IMG/VR virus record: IMGVR_UViG_3300006310_000001
Source of the DNA: a virus
Direction: 5' to 3' (one strand)
Length of the DNA stretch: 64,000 bases
The position numbers and the translations under genes were made by a program. The first letter of the stretch is position 1. Every line of letters starts with the position of its first letter. This document shows positions 28,403 to 39,200 of this stretch, piece by piece. The notes under the pieces were generated by a model, which made no database searches, was not told the DNA's origin, and saw only the letters and a list, made by a program, of their open reading frames with translations.

Positions 28403-29205
28403 TATTCATCTTCTCCTGTTACTGGATTATATTTCTTTGTATCATCATAGAAACTAATCTTTGTTGTAAATCCAAAATCATCATCTGCATTAGCACTTTC
28501 AGGATTTGGTATTACTATAATTCTTTCTTCTCTTGATAAAGGAGCATCCGTAGATGTTCCTAAATCTGCTTGTGATTTTCTAATAACTTTACTTTGTGCC
28601 ATAGGTCCATATAAGTAAGTTTTAGCAGTAAACGCTAAAGTATATATAACAGCTCTTCGCTTATTAAAATCACCATCATAAGTATCTTCATAACTTACAT
28701 CATCTAAAACAATAGGTACGTCCCTTTTAATATTTAATTCTGGTATTGCATTAATAGTTACTGTATAATCTGGTGCAAAGTATGGTAATATTTGTTCAAT
28801 TATCTGTAGTCCATTTTCTGCTGTAGCAGTAAAAGAATAAAGATTAAATTGTATATCATAGGGTACAGGTGAATAATTAAAATTATGTATAGTAGAATCA
28901 GAAGTTTTAACTCTAACTGTTTTTTGAAGTTTGTTTAGTTTTCTAGTAGCGTCATACTTTAAACCTTTTAATTCAAATCCCATTCTAGGTAAAACAATTG
29001 CAAAAGTTCTACCTTTCTGCAAATTTGATTGTTGGTCTATTCTGGCTATAAACTTTTCTTTAGGAGCGTATGCTAAAGGCACACGTATTCTTTTAGTAAC
29101 AGCACCTGTACTAGATTTTTGTTGAACGATTATATTATTAAAAATTTGTCCAAATGCAATAGTTAGTCTTCTTAAACTTTGATTATAAAAATGTGTTCCG
29201 AACAT
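28402..29205 (-). CDS. gp15: Tail sheath stabiliser/completion protein
   Basis: FYNQSLRRLTIAFGQIFN, VPLAYAPKEKF, LPRMGFE, QIIEQILPYF. Confidence 0.92.
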   Translation of the reverse strand: MFGTHFYNQSLRRLTIAFGQIFNNIIVQQKSSTGAVTKRIRVPLAYAPKEKFIARIDQQSNLQKGRTFAIVLPRMGFELKGLKYDATRKLNKLQKTVRVKTSDSTIHNFNYSPVPYDIQFNLYSFTATAENGLQIIEQILPYFAPDYTVTINAIPELNIKRDVPIVLDDVSYEDTYDGDFNKRRAVIYTLAFTAKTYLYGPMAQSKVIRKSQADLGTSTDAPLSREERIIVIPNPESANADDDFGFTTKISFYDDTKKYNPVTGEDE

Positions 29206-29210
29206 ATAGT

Positions 29211-30044
29211 CTACTCGTCAATTTCCCCGAATGGATTTCTTTCTGTAAAGTCAAGTATATCATCCGCTGTTGAAACAGTATCATATCCTGCTTCTTTATT
29301 CAAGTCTAAATTATCTGCATATGGAGATTGTGTCTGTATATTAGACTCTGTAAAATCTTCGTTCATTAAAAGTGCTGGTTGACCAGTTGAATAATCGTGA
29401 TAACTTTCTAATTGTACTGAACCTGCACCTGTCATAACTTCTTGTCCATATTCTAAAGTAAACTTATATGCTAATTGGTCTAGTGTATGTGTATCTTCGT
29501 GTGAGTCAATAGTAGATAAACCAGTATCAAGTTTTTCACTTGAATATTCCCAACGAGTTACTTTTAATTTATAAACTGGCAGATTGCCTAATTGGAAAAA
29601 TGGTTCTTGGTCTTCTACAAATAAAATTTCAAAAAAAGATTTCATCAAAGGCACATATATAATATCACCTTCGTTTGGTCTTCCTGTAACTGATAAAGAA
29701 GAACCAACCTGTGTTGCCTTATTACCAACTAAATTTGTCCAACTTCTTTTTGAAACCATTAATGATGTATCATCACGAATTTCTAATCCAAACTTACTTA
29801 TGATTTCTTGTTCACCAGCAAATCCTGTATTATTTTCAAAATACATTTCTATCAAATAAGAATCATCAAATCTACTAGATACATCTTCTCCTAGTATTAA
29901 ATCTTTATTGACTAATGTTCGTGGTAAGTAGTAGACATCCTGACCGTAAATTTTAAGACCTTCAACTATTATATCTTCGTGTAGTCTTTGTTCGGCAGCA
30001 TTACCTATGCCTTTTCCACCTTGAAAGTAATGATTAACTGGCAT
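29211..30044 (-). CDS. gp14: Neck protein
   Basis: EQRLHEDII, GQDVYYLPR, SKFGLEIRD, PNEGDIIYVP, FTERNPFG. Confidence 0.92.
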   Translation of the reverse strand: MPVNHYFQGGKGIGNAAEQRLHEDIIVEGLKIYGQDVYYLPRTLVNKDLILGEDVSSRFDDSYLIEMYFENNTGFAGEQEIISKFGLEIRDDTSLMVSKRSWTNLVGNKATQVGSSLSVTGRPNEGDIIYVPLMKSFFEILFVEDQEPFFQLGNLPVYKLKVTRWEYSSEKLDTGLSTIDSHEDTHTLDQLAYKFTLEYGQEVMTGAGSVQLESYHDYSTGQPALLMNEDFTESNIQTQSPYADNLDLNKEAGYDTVSTADDILDFTERNPFGEIDE

Positions 30045-30048
30045 AGCA

Positions 30049-30870
30049 TTATCCTATCATAAAAGGTTGCGGTTCTTCAAACTCGCTTCTTAATTTTATT
30101 TCCAATTTATCCAAATCTTCTAGTGCTTCACTATAAATTTGTTTACCGTTTAATGTAACTCCACCAAGCATTGCAACACCATCAAACTTACTTAAATTGG
30201 CTCCCCATTGTTTTTTAAATAAAGCAGTTACGTATCTTTTTAACCAAATATCATTAAAGACATCTGTATATGTGTTAGGGTCTAATTTTCTCCAGCATTC
30301 TATTACAAGAAATTCATCTACTTGTAAATCATTTTTCCAATCCATATCAACATAAAGTCTATTATCTAATTGGTTAAATCTATAAGGTTTTTCTCCGACT
30401 AATATATGGTCTAAAAAATCTAAATGTCTTAATACAACATCATAGTTAATAACAGACGTTGAAGAAAAATCATATAGGTCATTTAATCTTAATTGATATC
30501 TAACATCAAATAAATTTAAATTACCTTTATTTGAAAATGGAAAAATGTTAATTACAGATATAACAGATTCAGGACATACAATATACTGATTGCCTTCTTT
30601 CCATTCTGTATTTACTACAGAAGAATCACCATATGTTTTAGATTCAGTTTCAGTACTATCTGCTAAAATTCTAGCTTTATCTGCCGCTGTATACTTGTAT
30701 TTTAAATAGGTTCTTTTAACACCATCATAGTGGTATTGAGCAAAATATTGTAATGCTTCATCAAGTCTATCTTCCAGTTGGTCGTCATCAACGTTGATTT
30801 CAATTACTGGTTTACCTAATGCTCTTAAAGCGTATTGTTTTACTGTTTCTCTGGATGCTGGTTCTGCCAT
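30049..30870 (-). CDS. gp13: Neck protein
   Basis: YALRALGKPVIEINVDDDQLEDR, WLKRYVTAL, QWGANLSKF, GGVTLNG. Confidence 0.92.
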   Translation of the reverse strand: MAEPASRETVKQYALRALGKPVIEINVDDDQLEDRLDEALQYFAQYHYDGVKRTYLKYKYTAADKARILADSTETESKTYGDSSVVNTEWKEGNQYIVCPESVISVINIFPFSNKGNLNLFDVRYQLRLNDLYDFSSTSVINYDVVLRHLDFLDHILVGEKPYRFNQLDNRLYVDMDWKNDLQVDEFLVIECWRKLDPNTYTDVFNDIWLKRYVTALFKKQWGANLSKFDGVAMLGGVTLNGKQIYSEALEDLDKLEIKLRSEFEEPQPFMIG

Positions 30871-30888
30871 ACTGGTTCCTTTATTGTA

Positions 30889-30896
30889 TATTTATA
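30889..30896 (-). promoter_or_regulatory. Late promoter TATAAATA (gp13 operon)
   Basis: Exact intergenic motif followed by AAAGGA. Confidence 0.8.
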
Positions 30897-30903
30897 ATAA
30901 CAA

Positions 30904-31581
30904 TTATATCTTCGGAAACAAATTATCAGTACAGAATAGTTTTATATCATCTTCAGGCAGTCCAAGAGTTTTCATTACTCTAGGGGTGTGTGGATTTTGT
31001 TGTTGGTGTTCGCAATAGAAGTTTTGCGCTCTTATTACATCTTCTTCCTTTGAATCGCTATTATAATGACCAATTTTGTCAAGATAATTTTCTAAATTAG
31101 ACGTAGCTAGAGTACATATTTGGTTTAATTCTTTTTCTTCTGTTACTCTACCAGCAGCAATCATACCAGGACTAAAGATAGCCTTTGCCCAATCAGGCAA
31201 TTCTCTTTCTTTAGATGGTTTAAACCATTTATTCTCTTCTATAAAATACTTTGTTAAGGGATGGTCTTTTAATAATAGTGGACTAAAATCGTGAAAGACA
31301 CCTGTTATCTTTTTCTTACCTGCAATAACATCAAATCCATAAATTGGACCACCATTTGTTAAATTTGGAAATAAACATATATGTGCCATCCAAAGACCTT
31401 TTGTTTCTCTGGCGTCCACTACGTCTACGTGAGCACGTCTTACACTCATATTAGACCAAGTACGGTTGGTCCAAGTATCATTATTAAATCTATCCATACC
31501 CTCTTCGTTGTATTCTTTACAACGTCTATCAAGTATAGCGATTATTTCTTTTTCTAATTTAATTAGTCGTTCCCAAATCAT
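30904..31581 (-). CDS. pcyX: Ferredoxin-dependent bilin reductase (PcyA/PcyX-like)
   Basis: RRAHVDV, GLWMAHICLFP (PcyA His88-like), PIYGFDVI (Asp105-like), HDFSP, RELPDWAKAIFS, QQQNPHTPRVM; adjacent to heme oxygenase. The subfamily assignment is tentative. Confidence 0.8.
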   Translation of the reverse strand: MIWERLIKLEKEIIAILDRRCKEYNEEGMDRFNNDTWTNRTWSNMSVRRAHVDVVDARETKGLWMAHICLFPNLTNGGPIYGFDVIAGKKKITGVFHDFSPLLLKDHPLTKYFIEENKWFKPSKERELPDWAKAIFSPGMIAAGRVTEEKELNQICTLATSNLENYLDKIGHYNSDSKEEDVIRAQNFYCEHQQQNPHTPRVMKTLGLPEDDIKLFCTDNLFPKI

Positions 31582-32179
31582 CTTTAACCTCGTTAGTTAA
31601 AATTAAAGGTTTTGAATAATCCATATCGTTCATTTCTTTGAACAATTGTGTAGCAGTTGCAAAACAAAATTTAACTTCATTTAGAATATTAAGTTTATAA
31701 ACATTTAAATAACTGTTTATCATTTCTCTTACTATTCGTTTATACTCTTTTATTTCTTTATGTTTAAACTTGTAATAACGATTAGGTCCTGGTGTTCTTT
31801 TCATTATCATTTGACCACCAGATACATCTCCTAAATGTCTAGTATAGATATGACCGTATAATTTTTCTGCGTCTTCTTTGATTGTTTCAATATGAGCAAC
31901 ATAATCTTTAGTACTTTGAGTTACTGTTGGAAGGTCTTCACTTGTCCATAATGCTTTAAAATCATAATGTAAATGTTCTGCTCTAGGTAAATTAGGAGTT
32001 GTACGAAATAGAGAATTTTCTATTCCATATTTTTCTAATATAGCATAACATTGTAATTGATTGTAAAGATAGGTTGCATAAAGTCTAGGTTCAATAGAAC
32101 CTGACATAAGAGTTTTGACAAACTCTTGTCTTTCAGCGTTTTGGTGTATATCTTTGGTTAATTCTTTGATGTCATACAT
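31559..32179 (-). CDS. hemO: Heme oxygenase
   Basis: TKDIHQNAE (proximal His) and YTRHLGDVSGGQ (distal helix). Confidence 0.88.
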   Translation of the reverse strand: MYDIKELTKDIHQNAERQEFVKTLMSGSIEPRLYATYLYNQLQCYAILEKYGIENSLFRTTPNLPRAEHLHYDFKALWTSEDLPTVTQSTKDYVAHIETIKEDAEKLYGHIYTRHLGDVSGGQMIMKRTPGPNRYYKFKHKEIKEYKRIVREMINSYLNVYKLNILNEVKFCFATATQLFKEMNDMDYSKPLILTNEVKDDLGTTN

Positions 32180-32215
32180 AATATAATACTTATCATAATA
32201 AAATCACTACATAAA

Positions 32216-32536
32216 TTAAGCTAGACCAGCGTCTGAAAGTCTTTTTGCTTCTGCAATTTTAGCTTTATTTAAATCATCAGATTTTGTTTTCTCAGCAGCG
32301 TCTTCATCTGTTTGCGCTTGTTCTTTTGCTGTTAGAGCAGCCGCTTCATCACCGCCAGCTCCGCCAACTATTGTCAATTCTTTTGTATCTGGATTGATTG
32401 ACATTCTCCACGCTTCAATGTTATCAGGAACGTCATCAACTTTGATTGCTTGTCCTTTTGCTACTGCGTCATCTCCAGTTTCAGCATTTGGTGAAAAAGG
32501 TTCGCCTGCTAGTGTAAAGTAATATGTTCTTGCCAT
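32216..32536 (-). CDS. Hypothetical Ala/Asp-rich protein
   Basis: 106-aa ORF with an AGGAG SD. Confidence 0.6.
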   Translation of the reverse strand: MARTYYFTLAGEPFSPNAETGDDAVAKGQAIKVDDVPDNIEAWRMSINPDTKELTIVGGAGGDEAAALTAKEQAQTDEDAAEKTKSDDLNKAKIAEAKRLSDAGLA

Positions 32537-32548
32537 CTCTATAATCTC

Positions 32549-34045
32549 CTATGTTCCGTATTTTCCACCGTAAGTATTTTCGGCATTTCCGAACTGACCC
32601 CACCAGTCAATTTGCATTAATAGTGGATAGTTAGTTGAGTAGAAACCTCCGTGTAGCCAAGTTCTAGCAGCGAATAAACCGTAATTTCCAGTTTTATTAG
32701 TTACTGTAGTTCCAACGTGTGAGTTGTTATTTGGTATAACTTCATCTCCTGAAGAACCACCTTGATAAACAAGTGTACTTACTGTTTCATCTGAATCCGT
32801 AGGATCAAAAGACCAAGCATATGTTCTATGAGACTCTGAATCGCAGTTGTCTGACCAACCTCCGTGGAAACCTGTACGTCCCCAAGCAAAGTAAGGATTG
32901 GCTCTACTTGATTTAGTTTGGTTTATACAAATAAATTTTCTAGGGTTTTCTATATTCATACAGAAACCATTGATACCTGGACCATAGTAATAATATGGTG
33001 AATAAATCATTCCCCAAGTTCCATCCCAAGTCGTCATAAATTTACTGTAGTATTGGTGTCCGTTATTAGCACCGTAAGATGTAGTTGTTGATCCTGTAAA
33101 ATCTTGCCAAGTTGACCATTGTCTACTTGCACCAGTTTGGTGAGCAGTTCCGCCTTTGACTGAACAATCAAATACACCGTATCTTTTACTATTACTTTGT
33201 TTTAATCCAAATCCAACATAGTCATTATTACCAACAACAACGCACCAATCTTTAACATTTTGATTAGTCCAAGTGTCAGAAAAATATTCAGTTGAAGTTA
33301 AGTTATCAAAGTATTCTTTAATTCTGTCTATTTTATTTAAACATTTAGCAGATTTGAAAATGTGAATCTTTTTAGAAGTATTTCCACCTTCGTCACCAGA
33401 GTGAACCATAACTAAAGTTTTTGTTTTCTCATTGTATCCAGTACCAGTTGAATAAGTTTGGTCTGTATTCAACATATGAGAAGTATAATCATACGTGTCT
33501 ATATTTGGAGCACCGTGCTGACCTGGATATCTTTCTCTTAACGTAAATCGTCTATTAACAAACATACGTCTAGGTCTAATTCCTTCTGGAAGAACCATAT
33601 TTAATTTTGTCCAACCATTTTGATATTCAAAAGAAGATGTGTATTGGTGATAAGAATGCCAAGATACGAATCCATCTCTTGAAGATGAATAATATTGTGC
33701 GTGTGGATATTGGTCACATTGGTACGTACTTTTGTTCCAATATGTCCAAGATGTATAATCTTGTGTTGTTAAATTTTCGTGAGATACGTGTTGACCGTGG
33801 TCATTATCTGTATAAGCGTGAGAAGCATCCGACAACATACCAAATCTATAGTTTGTTGTTGAGTTACATACAGCACCCCAAGGTGACCCTACGTTTTGAA
33901 AACCAGAATCAAAGACTCTGTAGTTTACGTTGTGATTACCGTCGGAGTTATCTCCCCACATACCGAATAGTGGAAGACCTTCTTTTCTGTGGTCTATTGC
34001 ACCAGCTGAACTGCCGCCGCTTAAAAGTGTTGTTAATGAACTCAT
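32549..34045 (-). CDS. Probable virion structural/fibre-associated protein
   Basis: 498 aa, rich in Gly/Ser/Thr/Asn/Trp/Tyr; MSSLTTLLSGGSS N-terminus; late promoter upstream. Confidence 0.55.
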   Translation of the reverse strand: MSSLTTLLSGGSSAGAIDHRKEGLPLFGMWGDNSDGNHNVNYRVFDSGFQNVGSPWGAVCNSTTNYRFGMLSDASHAYTDNDHGQHVSHENLTTQDYTSWTYWNKSTYQCDQYPHAQYYSSSRDGFVSWHSYHQYTSSFEYQNGWTKLNMVLPEGIRPRRMFVNRRFTLRERYPGQHGAPNIDTYDYTSHMLNTDQTYSTGTGYNEKTKTLVMVHSGDEGGNTSKKIHIFKSAKCLNKIDRIKEYFDNLTSTEYFSDTWTNQNVKDWCVVVGNNDYVGFGLKQSNSKRYGVFDCSVKGGTAHQTGASRQWSTWQDFTGSTTTSYGANNGHQYYSKFMTTWDGTWGMIYSPYYYYGPGINGFCMNIENPRKFICINQTKSSRANPYFAWGRTGFHGGWSDNCDSESHRTYAWSFDPTDSDETVSTLVYQGGSSGDEVIPNNNSHVGTTVTNKTGNYGLFAARTWLHGGFYSTNYPLLMQIDWWGQFGNAENTYGGKYGT

Positions 34046-34079
34046 TAAATGTTCTCCCCTAAAATTTTGTTTGTAATAC

Positions 34080-34087
34080 TATTTATA
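34080..34087 (-). promoter_or_regulatory. Late promoter TATAAATA
   Basis: Exact intergenic motif. Confidence 0.75.
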
Positions 34088-34103
34088 TAGTTTATATCTT
34101 TCA

Positions 34104-34730
34104 TTATGAAATTAACCACCCAATAAAAGATGAAGTTACATCTGGTATTGTTTTATATGTTAGTCTGAAAGTAGCATACTTTTTGTCTACTATTAAATCT
34201 GTAGCACTTCCTGCTATGTTTTCACCATTTCTATCAACTGTAAGATTTTTTGTATCAAAAACTCCCATACCATCATTGATAATAACAAAGTCGTTATCTG
34301 CTGGTGAAGCAGGTAGTGTCATTGTAAATACACCGTCTGTTGTATTGCATATATATGCACCGCCAGAAACAGCAGTAAAGTTAGCTGTTTTTGCTTCCCA
34401 TAAAATTGAAGTTGAAGAACCCCAAACAGGATCAGCACTAGCACCTTTAGTTACTAACATTTGATTTGGTGTGCCTGCCGCTAATCTTTGTACACCACTT
34501 GCATCCCTAAACAGCATATCGCCGTGGGTAGTAAGTTGTGTTACGTCATCACCTTTTTTGGCTATTTTAGACCAATAGGTTGCATTTGAAGTTGCGTTTC
34601 CAGTTGAAGCTAAAATGCAAATAAAAGTTTCGCCTCCATAGGTAGCAATGTCGTCCACTACATAAGCAGTAGCAGCATTATATGCCCCTTGAAATACTGG
34701 TTTAATTCTTCCTAAATTTATAGTTGCCAT
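34104..34730 (-). CDS. Tail-fibre-associated protein
   Basis: N-terminal LGRIKPVFQGAY...YVVDD..YGG module like the 2429-aa protein; C-terminal TLPASP..D...D....F....LTVDRNG module shared with it. Confidence 0.65.
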   Translation of the reverse strand: MATINLGRIKPVFQGAYNAATAYVVDDIATYGGETFICILASTGNATSNATYWSKIAKKGDDVTQLTTHGDMLFRDASGVQRLAAGTPNQMLVTKGASADPVWGSSTSILWEAKTANFTAVSGGAYICNTTDGVFTMTLPASPADNDFVIINDGMGVFDTKNLTVDRNGENIAGSATDLIVDKKYATFRLTYKTIPDVTSSFIGWLIS

Positions 34731-34745
34731 AATTCTCTTGATCCT

Positions 34746-34759
34746 TATTTATATTTATA
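34746..34759 (-). promoter_or_regulatory. Two overlapping late promoters TATAAATA
   Basis: TATTTATA on the plus strand at 34746-34753 and 34752-34759. Confidence 0.75.
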
Positions 34760-34799
34760 ATAGTTCTCTTCTACCATTTTAGTTAATTCAGATAATTTT

Positions 34800-36233
34800 T
34801 TATCCCATTTCTATGGTTAGGTTTCCGTTGACTACCGTAAATGCCAACCCTCTTTTCCATAGTACACTATCCTCAAATATATCTTCTTGATGTTTAGTTT
34901 TATATCTAGTGTCAATATCATCAAGTCCATTTGTGTAAGTTATCTGTAAATTGCCTTTCCATTCAGGTGTAAAAATTTCACCACCTTGACTTGGATGACC
35001 ACCATTATAATAATACAACTTATCTACAGCACTTCCTGGGTCTGTACTTGGTGTTTTACTTGGAACAATAATTGTTGTTGTAGCTCCAGGAGTTCCAGGA
35101 GTTCCAGATGAACTTACTCCTGTTACATATTCAGTTCCACCTGCTTTATGTGTACCATCAACTGTTGTTGAGAATTTTAATGAGTGTCCGACTAAAGCAG
35201 TTTGAGAAACATCAAACACATACGTATTTCCTTCAAGAAATGTCATAGTGTTTTGACTTCTAGCTACGTGACTATATGGTAATTCATCTTCGCCACCATC
35301 AATCATTAACGTACCAGCAGTTCCTAAAACATACAGTTTTGTTCCATCAGCATTAAAAGTTAAACCACGTGGGTTCATTGTTGGTGCTGAAGGAGCATTA
35401 GTTAAACCAACTTCGTGTGTAAGTGCTTGTGTAGTTGAAACATCAAAACCTGTTACTAATGGATATTGTATAACATCATCACCATCTGTTCCTGCAATAA
35501 ACATTCTTGTTCCATCTGTATTAAAACCTAAACCAGCTGGTGCTGTTTCTTGAGCGCCGATAGAAAAAGCATCTACGAAAGTTGCTGTAGAAACATCATA
35601 CGCTGTACTTAAATCATATTCATTAACATCATTACCAGTATCGCCAAGAACAATTAATAAAGTTCCATCAGCATTAAATTGCATATCACTAATAGCAGTA
35701 TCTTGAGCAAGACAAGAAAATAAATCTGTATAAGTTGCTGTAGTAATATCCCAAGCTGTAGTTAATGCATATTCATTAATATTACAAGCAGCTATACCTG
35801 CACTTGGTACTCCATCTCTACCCACAACATACATTTTAGTTCCTGTTGGATTAAATCTTACTGACCTTGGATTATCATCTTGAGCAGATACATCTTTATG
35901 TGTTCTCCAACTTGCTGTAGAAACATCAAAAGCTGTAGTCAATGTATATTCATCAACGTGTTTATCTGCATTACCCATAACAAACATTTTTGTTCCATCA
36001 GTACTAAACGTTGTGTTTAATGGATTTGAATCATTAAACCCTATGTAATAAGATGTTGTATATGCTAATGTAGAAATATCCCAACCTGTTCCTAATGTAT
36101 ATTCATATACACTTTCATTACCAGTAATTAAGGTAAGGGTTCTATGTATCGTTTGAGAAGGAGCAACTCTATGGAATCCATAAAAGTCATCTTTCTCAGC
36201 GGATGTGACTGTAAAATCTGTTAATCTACTCAT
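34800..36233 (-). CDS. Virion protein with beta-propeller repeats and a cupredoxin-like C-terminal domain
   Basis: About five repeats of F(N/S)xDGTKMFVxG...DVxEYxLxTxFDVSTA; TMTFLEGNTYVFDVS...GHSLKFS...LYYYNGGHPSQGG. Confidence 0.6.
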   Translation of the reverse strand: MSRLTDFTVTSAEKDDFYGFHRVAPSQTIHRTLTLITGNESVYEYTLGTGWDISTLAYTTSYYIGFNDSNPLNTTFSTDGTKMFVMGNADKHVDEYTLTTAFDVSTASWRTHKDVSAQDDNPRSVRFNPTGTKMYVVGRDGVPSAGIAACNINEYALTTAWDITTATYTDLFSCLAQDTAISDMQFNADGTLLIVLGDTGNDVNEYDLSTAYDVSTATFVDAFSIGAQETAPAGLGFNTDGTRMFIAGTDGDDVIQYPLVTGFDVSTTQALTHEVGLTNAPSAPTMNPRGLTFNADGTKLYVLGTAGTLMIDGGEDELPYSHVARSQNTMTFLEGNTYVFDVSQTALVGHSLKFSTTVDGTHKAGGTEYVTGVSSSGTPGTPGATTTIIVPSKTPSTDPGSAVDKLYYYNGGHPSQGGEIFTPEWKGNLQITYTNGLDDIDTRYKTKHQEDIFEDSVLWKRGLAFTVVNGNLTIEMG

Positions 36234-36259
36234 TTATAATTCTCTTCTATATTTATTTA

Positions 36260-39200
36260 TTACGCTACTTCTACTAATTTCCAACCATTTGTTGATCCAG
36301 TATAAACTAAAGTGAATCCTGCGTGGTTGATATCAGCAATCATATCTTGTTGTAAATTCATAATATCTTGACCATTTCTATCAACAGTTAAAGGTCTTAA
36401 TTGAAATGATCCGTTTAAATCTAAAAATACAAGTGAATCTCCTACTAGTGGACTAGCAGGCAATTTAACTGTCATTGCAAATAAACTTGTATCTATTAAT
36501 AATCTTTGTCCACCTATTGCTACAGGTACAGTTGAACCATCTCCAACTAGAGTTGTCCAAGGAGTTCCTCCAGCTAGACCTGTCCAACTTGTTCCATTAT
36601 AACCTTCCCAAGAAATTATTGAAGAATTGTATCTTAAAGCACCTGCAAATAATTCACCGCCTACAGGTCTTTGTGCTGATGTTCCTGTTGGTGGAACCCA
36701 CGCACCTGTACCTGCATTATCTCTTGTCATATAACCGACAACAGCATTTTCAGTAGGTATGGCTGTATTTGAATTACCGCCTAAAGTTGCGTCTGTACTA
36801 AATTCATTTATGGCAGCACCTAATTCTGCACCAATAGAACCAAGTTTTAATTCACTTAATCCTGAAAGGTTAAATGCGTCTGCGTTTAATGTTGCACTAC
36901 CAGTCGCTTGTTCAATTTTGAATAAATCACCAACTCTAAAGTCACCAGTTTGGTCAGTTGATACCCAATATACACGACCACCGTTAACTTCAATTACTTC
37001 ATCTGACTGGTCAGACGCTTGTAAAGGTGGTAATGGATAATTAGTTGAAGTAAAATCACCAGTACCTATATCCAAGAAATCGTGACCTGTTAAACGAATA
37101 TTTGAATATTCTTTTGTTATGTCATTTACTGTATCCTCATTTTTGGCTTTACTCAAACCAATGCTACTAGTTAATCTTATTACTGCTGTTCCAGCACTCG
37201 TATCTTCTTCTGATACTAACCCTACTCTATAAAATGTATTATCATTAGGGAATTTAACATTACTTGCTAATGCTATCATATCAACAGCATTTAAAGTTGT
37301 TGTACCTGATTTCATTGCAATCAAAGGACCCCTTTGTCCTTGTTGAGCAGCAGCTGTTCTGTTGAAAACAAAACCTGAAACGTTAACACTATTACTTGTA
37401 GCGATGGTAACTTTTTGTGAAGTACCACCAATTACATAAGTATGAGCAATTGCTGATTTATCAACACCAAAGATATATGTATTTGCGTCAGGCACATCAT
37501 AAACTTTAAATATTCCTGAACTTAATATATCATCAGGATATGCTTTACTACCTGTTGAACAAGTGAATTGCATTCCTTGTACTTGTACTAAATCATTAAC
37601 TATTAAACCGTGACCAGTTGATCCTACCGTAATAAGTCCTGTTACATTATCATAACTAGCACTACTAATTTCAGTTGCACTACCAACACTAGTTGGTGTT
37701 GCTGATTTAACTGTACCACCACTAACATAAGTATGTTCAATATCACTTGGTGCTAAAAAGAAATTTAATTTAGTAGCTGAACTAGATGATTTAACATTAA
37801 AGATTCCTGAAGTAGGTACTTGTGGATATATTTTAACTCCATATACACAACTTGTTTTAATTCCGAATAAATTTACAGTATCACTCGCTGATAATCCGTG
37901 TGTTGGTGTAGTAATTATTGCTTTACCTGTCGCTATATCATAAACAAAATTTGAAATTGATAATCTAGTACCACCAGTTTTAAGAAGTGTACCACCACTA
38001 ACATAAGATTGTGCTGTATTACTTGTTCCTAAATCAACTTGGAATGTTGTTCCTGTTAAATTTGGTGCCTCTACAGTAAATTGTGTAGTAGTAGATGATA
38101 CAGGATATGTTTTATTTCCTATAACTGTTGAATCAGAAGAAAGACAACTCAATATTACATCTGATACTTCAATTAATTCTCCAGAACTTCTTCCGTGAGC
38201 AAGTGCTGTAGTTACATCTGCGCCTGTAGAACCTGATTGACCACCAAAGTAACCATCCAAATCAACAGTAAATGTTGTTGAATCTTCTTTTGTAATTGTA
38301 ACTGTTTCACCTTGTTTAAAGTTACCAGTAATATTTTCTATATGTAAATATAGTAATGATACATTATATCTGAAAAGTGTAGCAGTTGCGCCAGATTCAC
38401 TACCTACTATTGTAGCTGTACCTTGACCTTGTACTGCAATTGAATTTTCTATATCTGAAGCAGTTGCTGTTCCACCAAAAGTATCTTTGTCCCATTGCAA
38501 CATCATACCACGAGATTTAAGATTGATAGGAACTTCTGCTTCGTTTGTACCTGAAGCAACAACACCTTGTTCTCCATATGCGTGTGAGCAGTTTAAGGCA
38601 CGAATAAATCCACCTGATTCTGCATAAACGGCTTTGTCGCAATAGTATACGAATACTGACACCGCTTCAACACGTCCATATCCTAAAATGTGAATACCAA
38701 TTCCATCTTCATTAATTTGTGTAAAGTCATTTGCCAACATTGATTTATAACTTCGTGGGAAAGGACGTAAGTGGAGATTACCGTCAATTTGAACTCCACA
38801 AGCACCTGGATTTAAAGATGTACAGTTTTGTACATAAGGTGAAGTAAGATATATATTACCAATTGGGTCTAAAGATGTAAGAGCTTGTTCGTAAGGACCA
38901 CTTGGATAAACTTTTTCTCCTAAATCACATTCAAATTTCATTTTCCCTAAAGTAACCCAATCACCTGTAGTTAAACTGTGAGAATTGCTTGTAGTAACTG
39001 TAACCCTACCGTTGGCATTATTGTAAAGAATATTAGATAATCCTAATTTAACTGATTCATTACCAACTGCTATAACGTGACCACCACTCTTATACGTATG
39101 TACAAAAGTTGATGTTCCCATTTGAACTGTAAATTCTGTTCCTGATGTTACTGTTACTTGATATAATCCTCCTGACTGTTTCTTTTCATTAAGATCCAAG

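Noticed and set aside
33607-34062. 151-aa plus-strand ORF, and the many other short antisense ORFs in the track (e.g. 609-1088, 5198-5617, 12581-12946, 26868-27233)
   Set aside because: They lie wholly opposite well-supported minus-strand genes, lack SD or promoter support and show no recognisable motifs: shadow ORFs.
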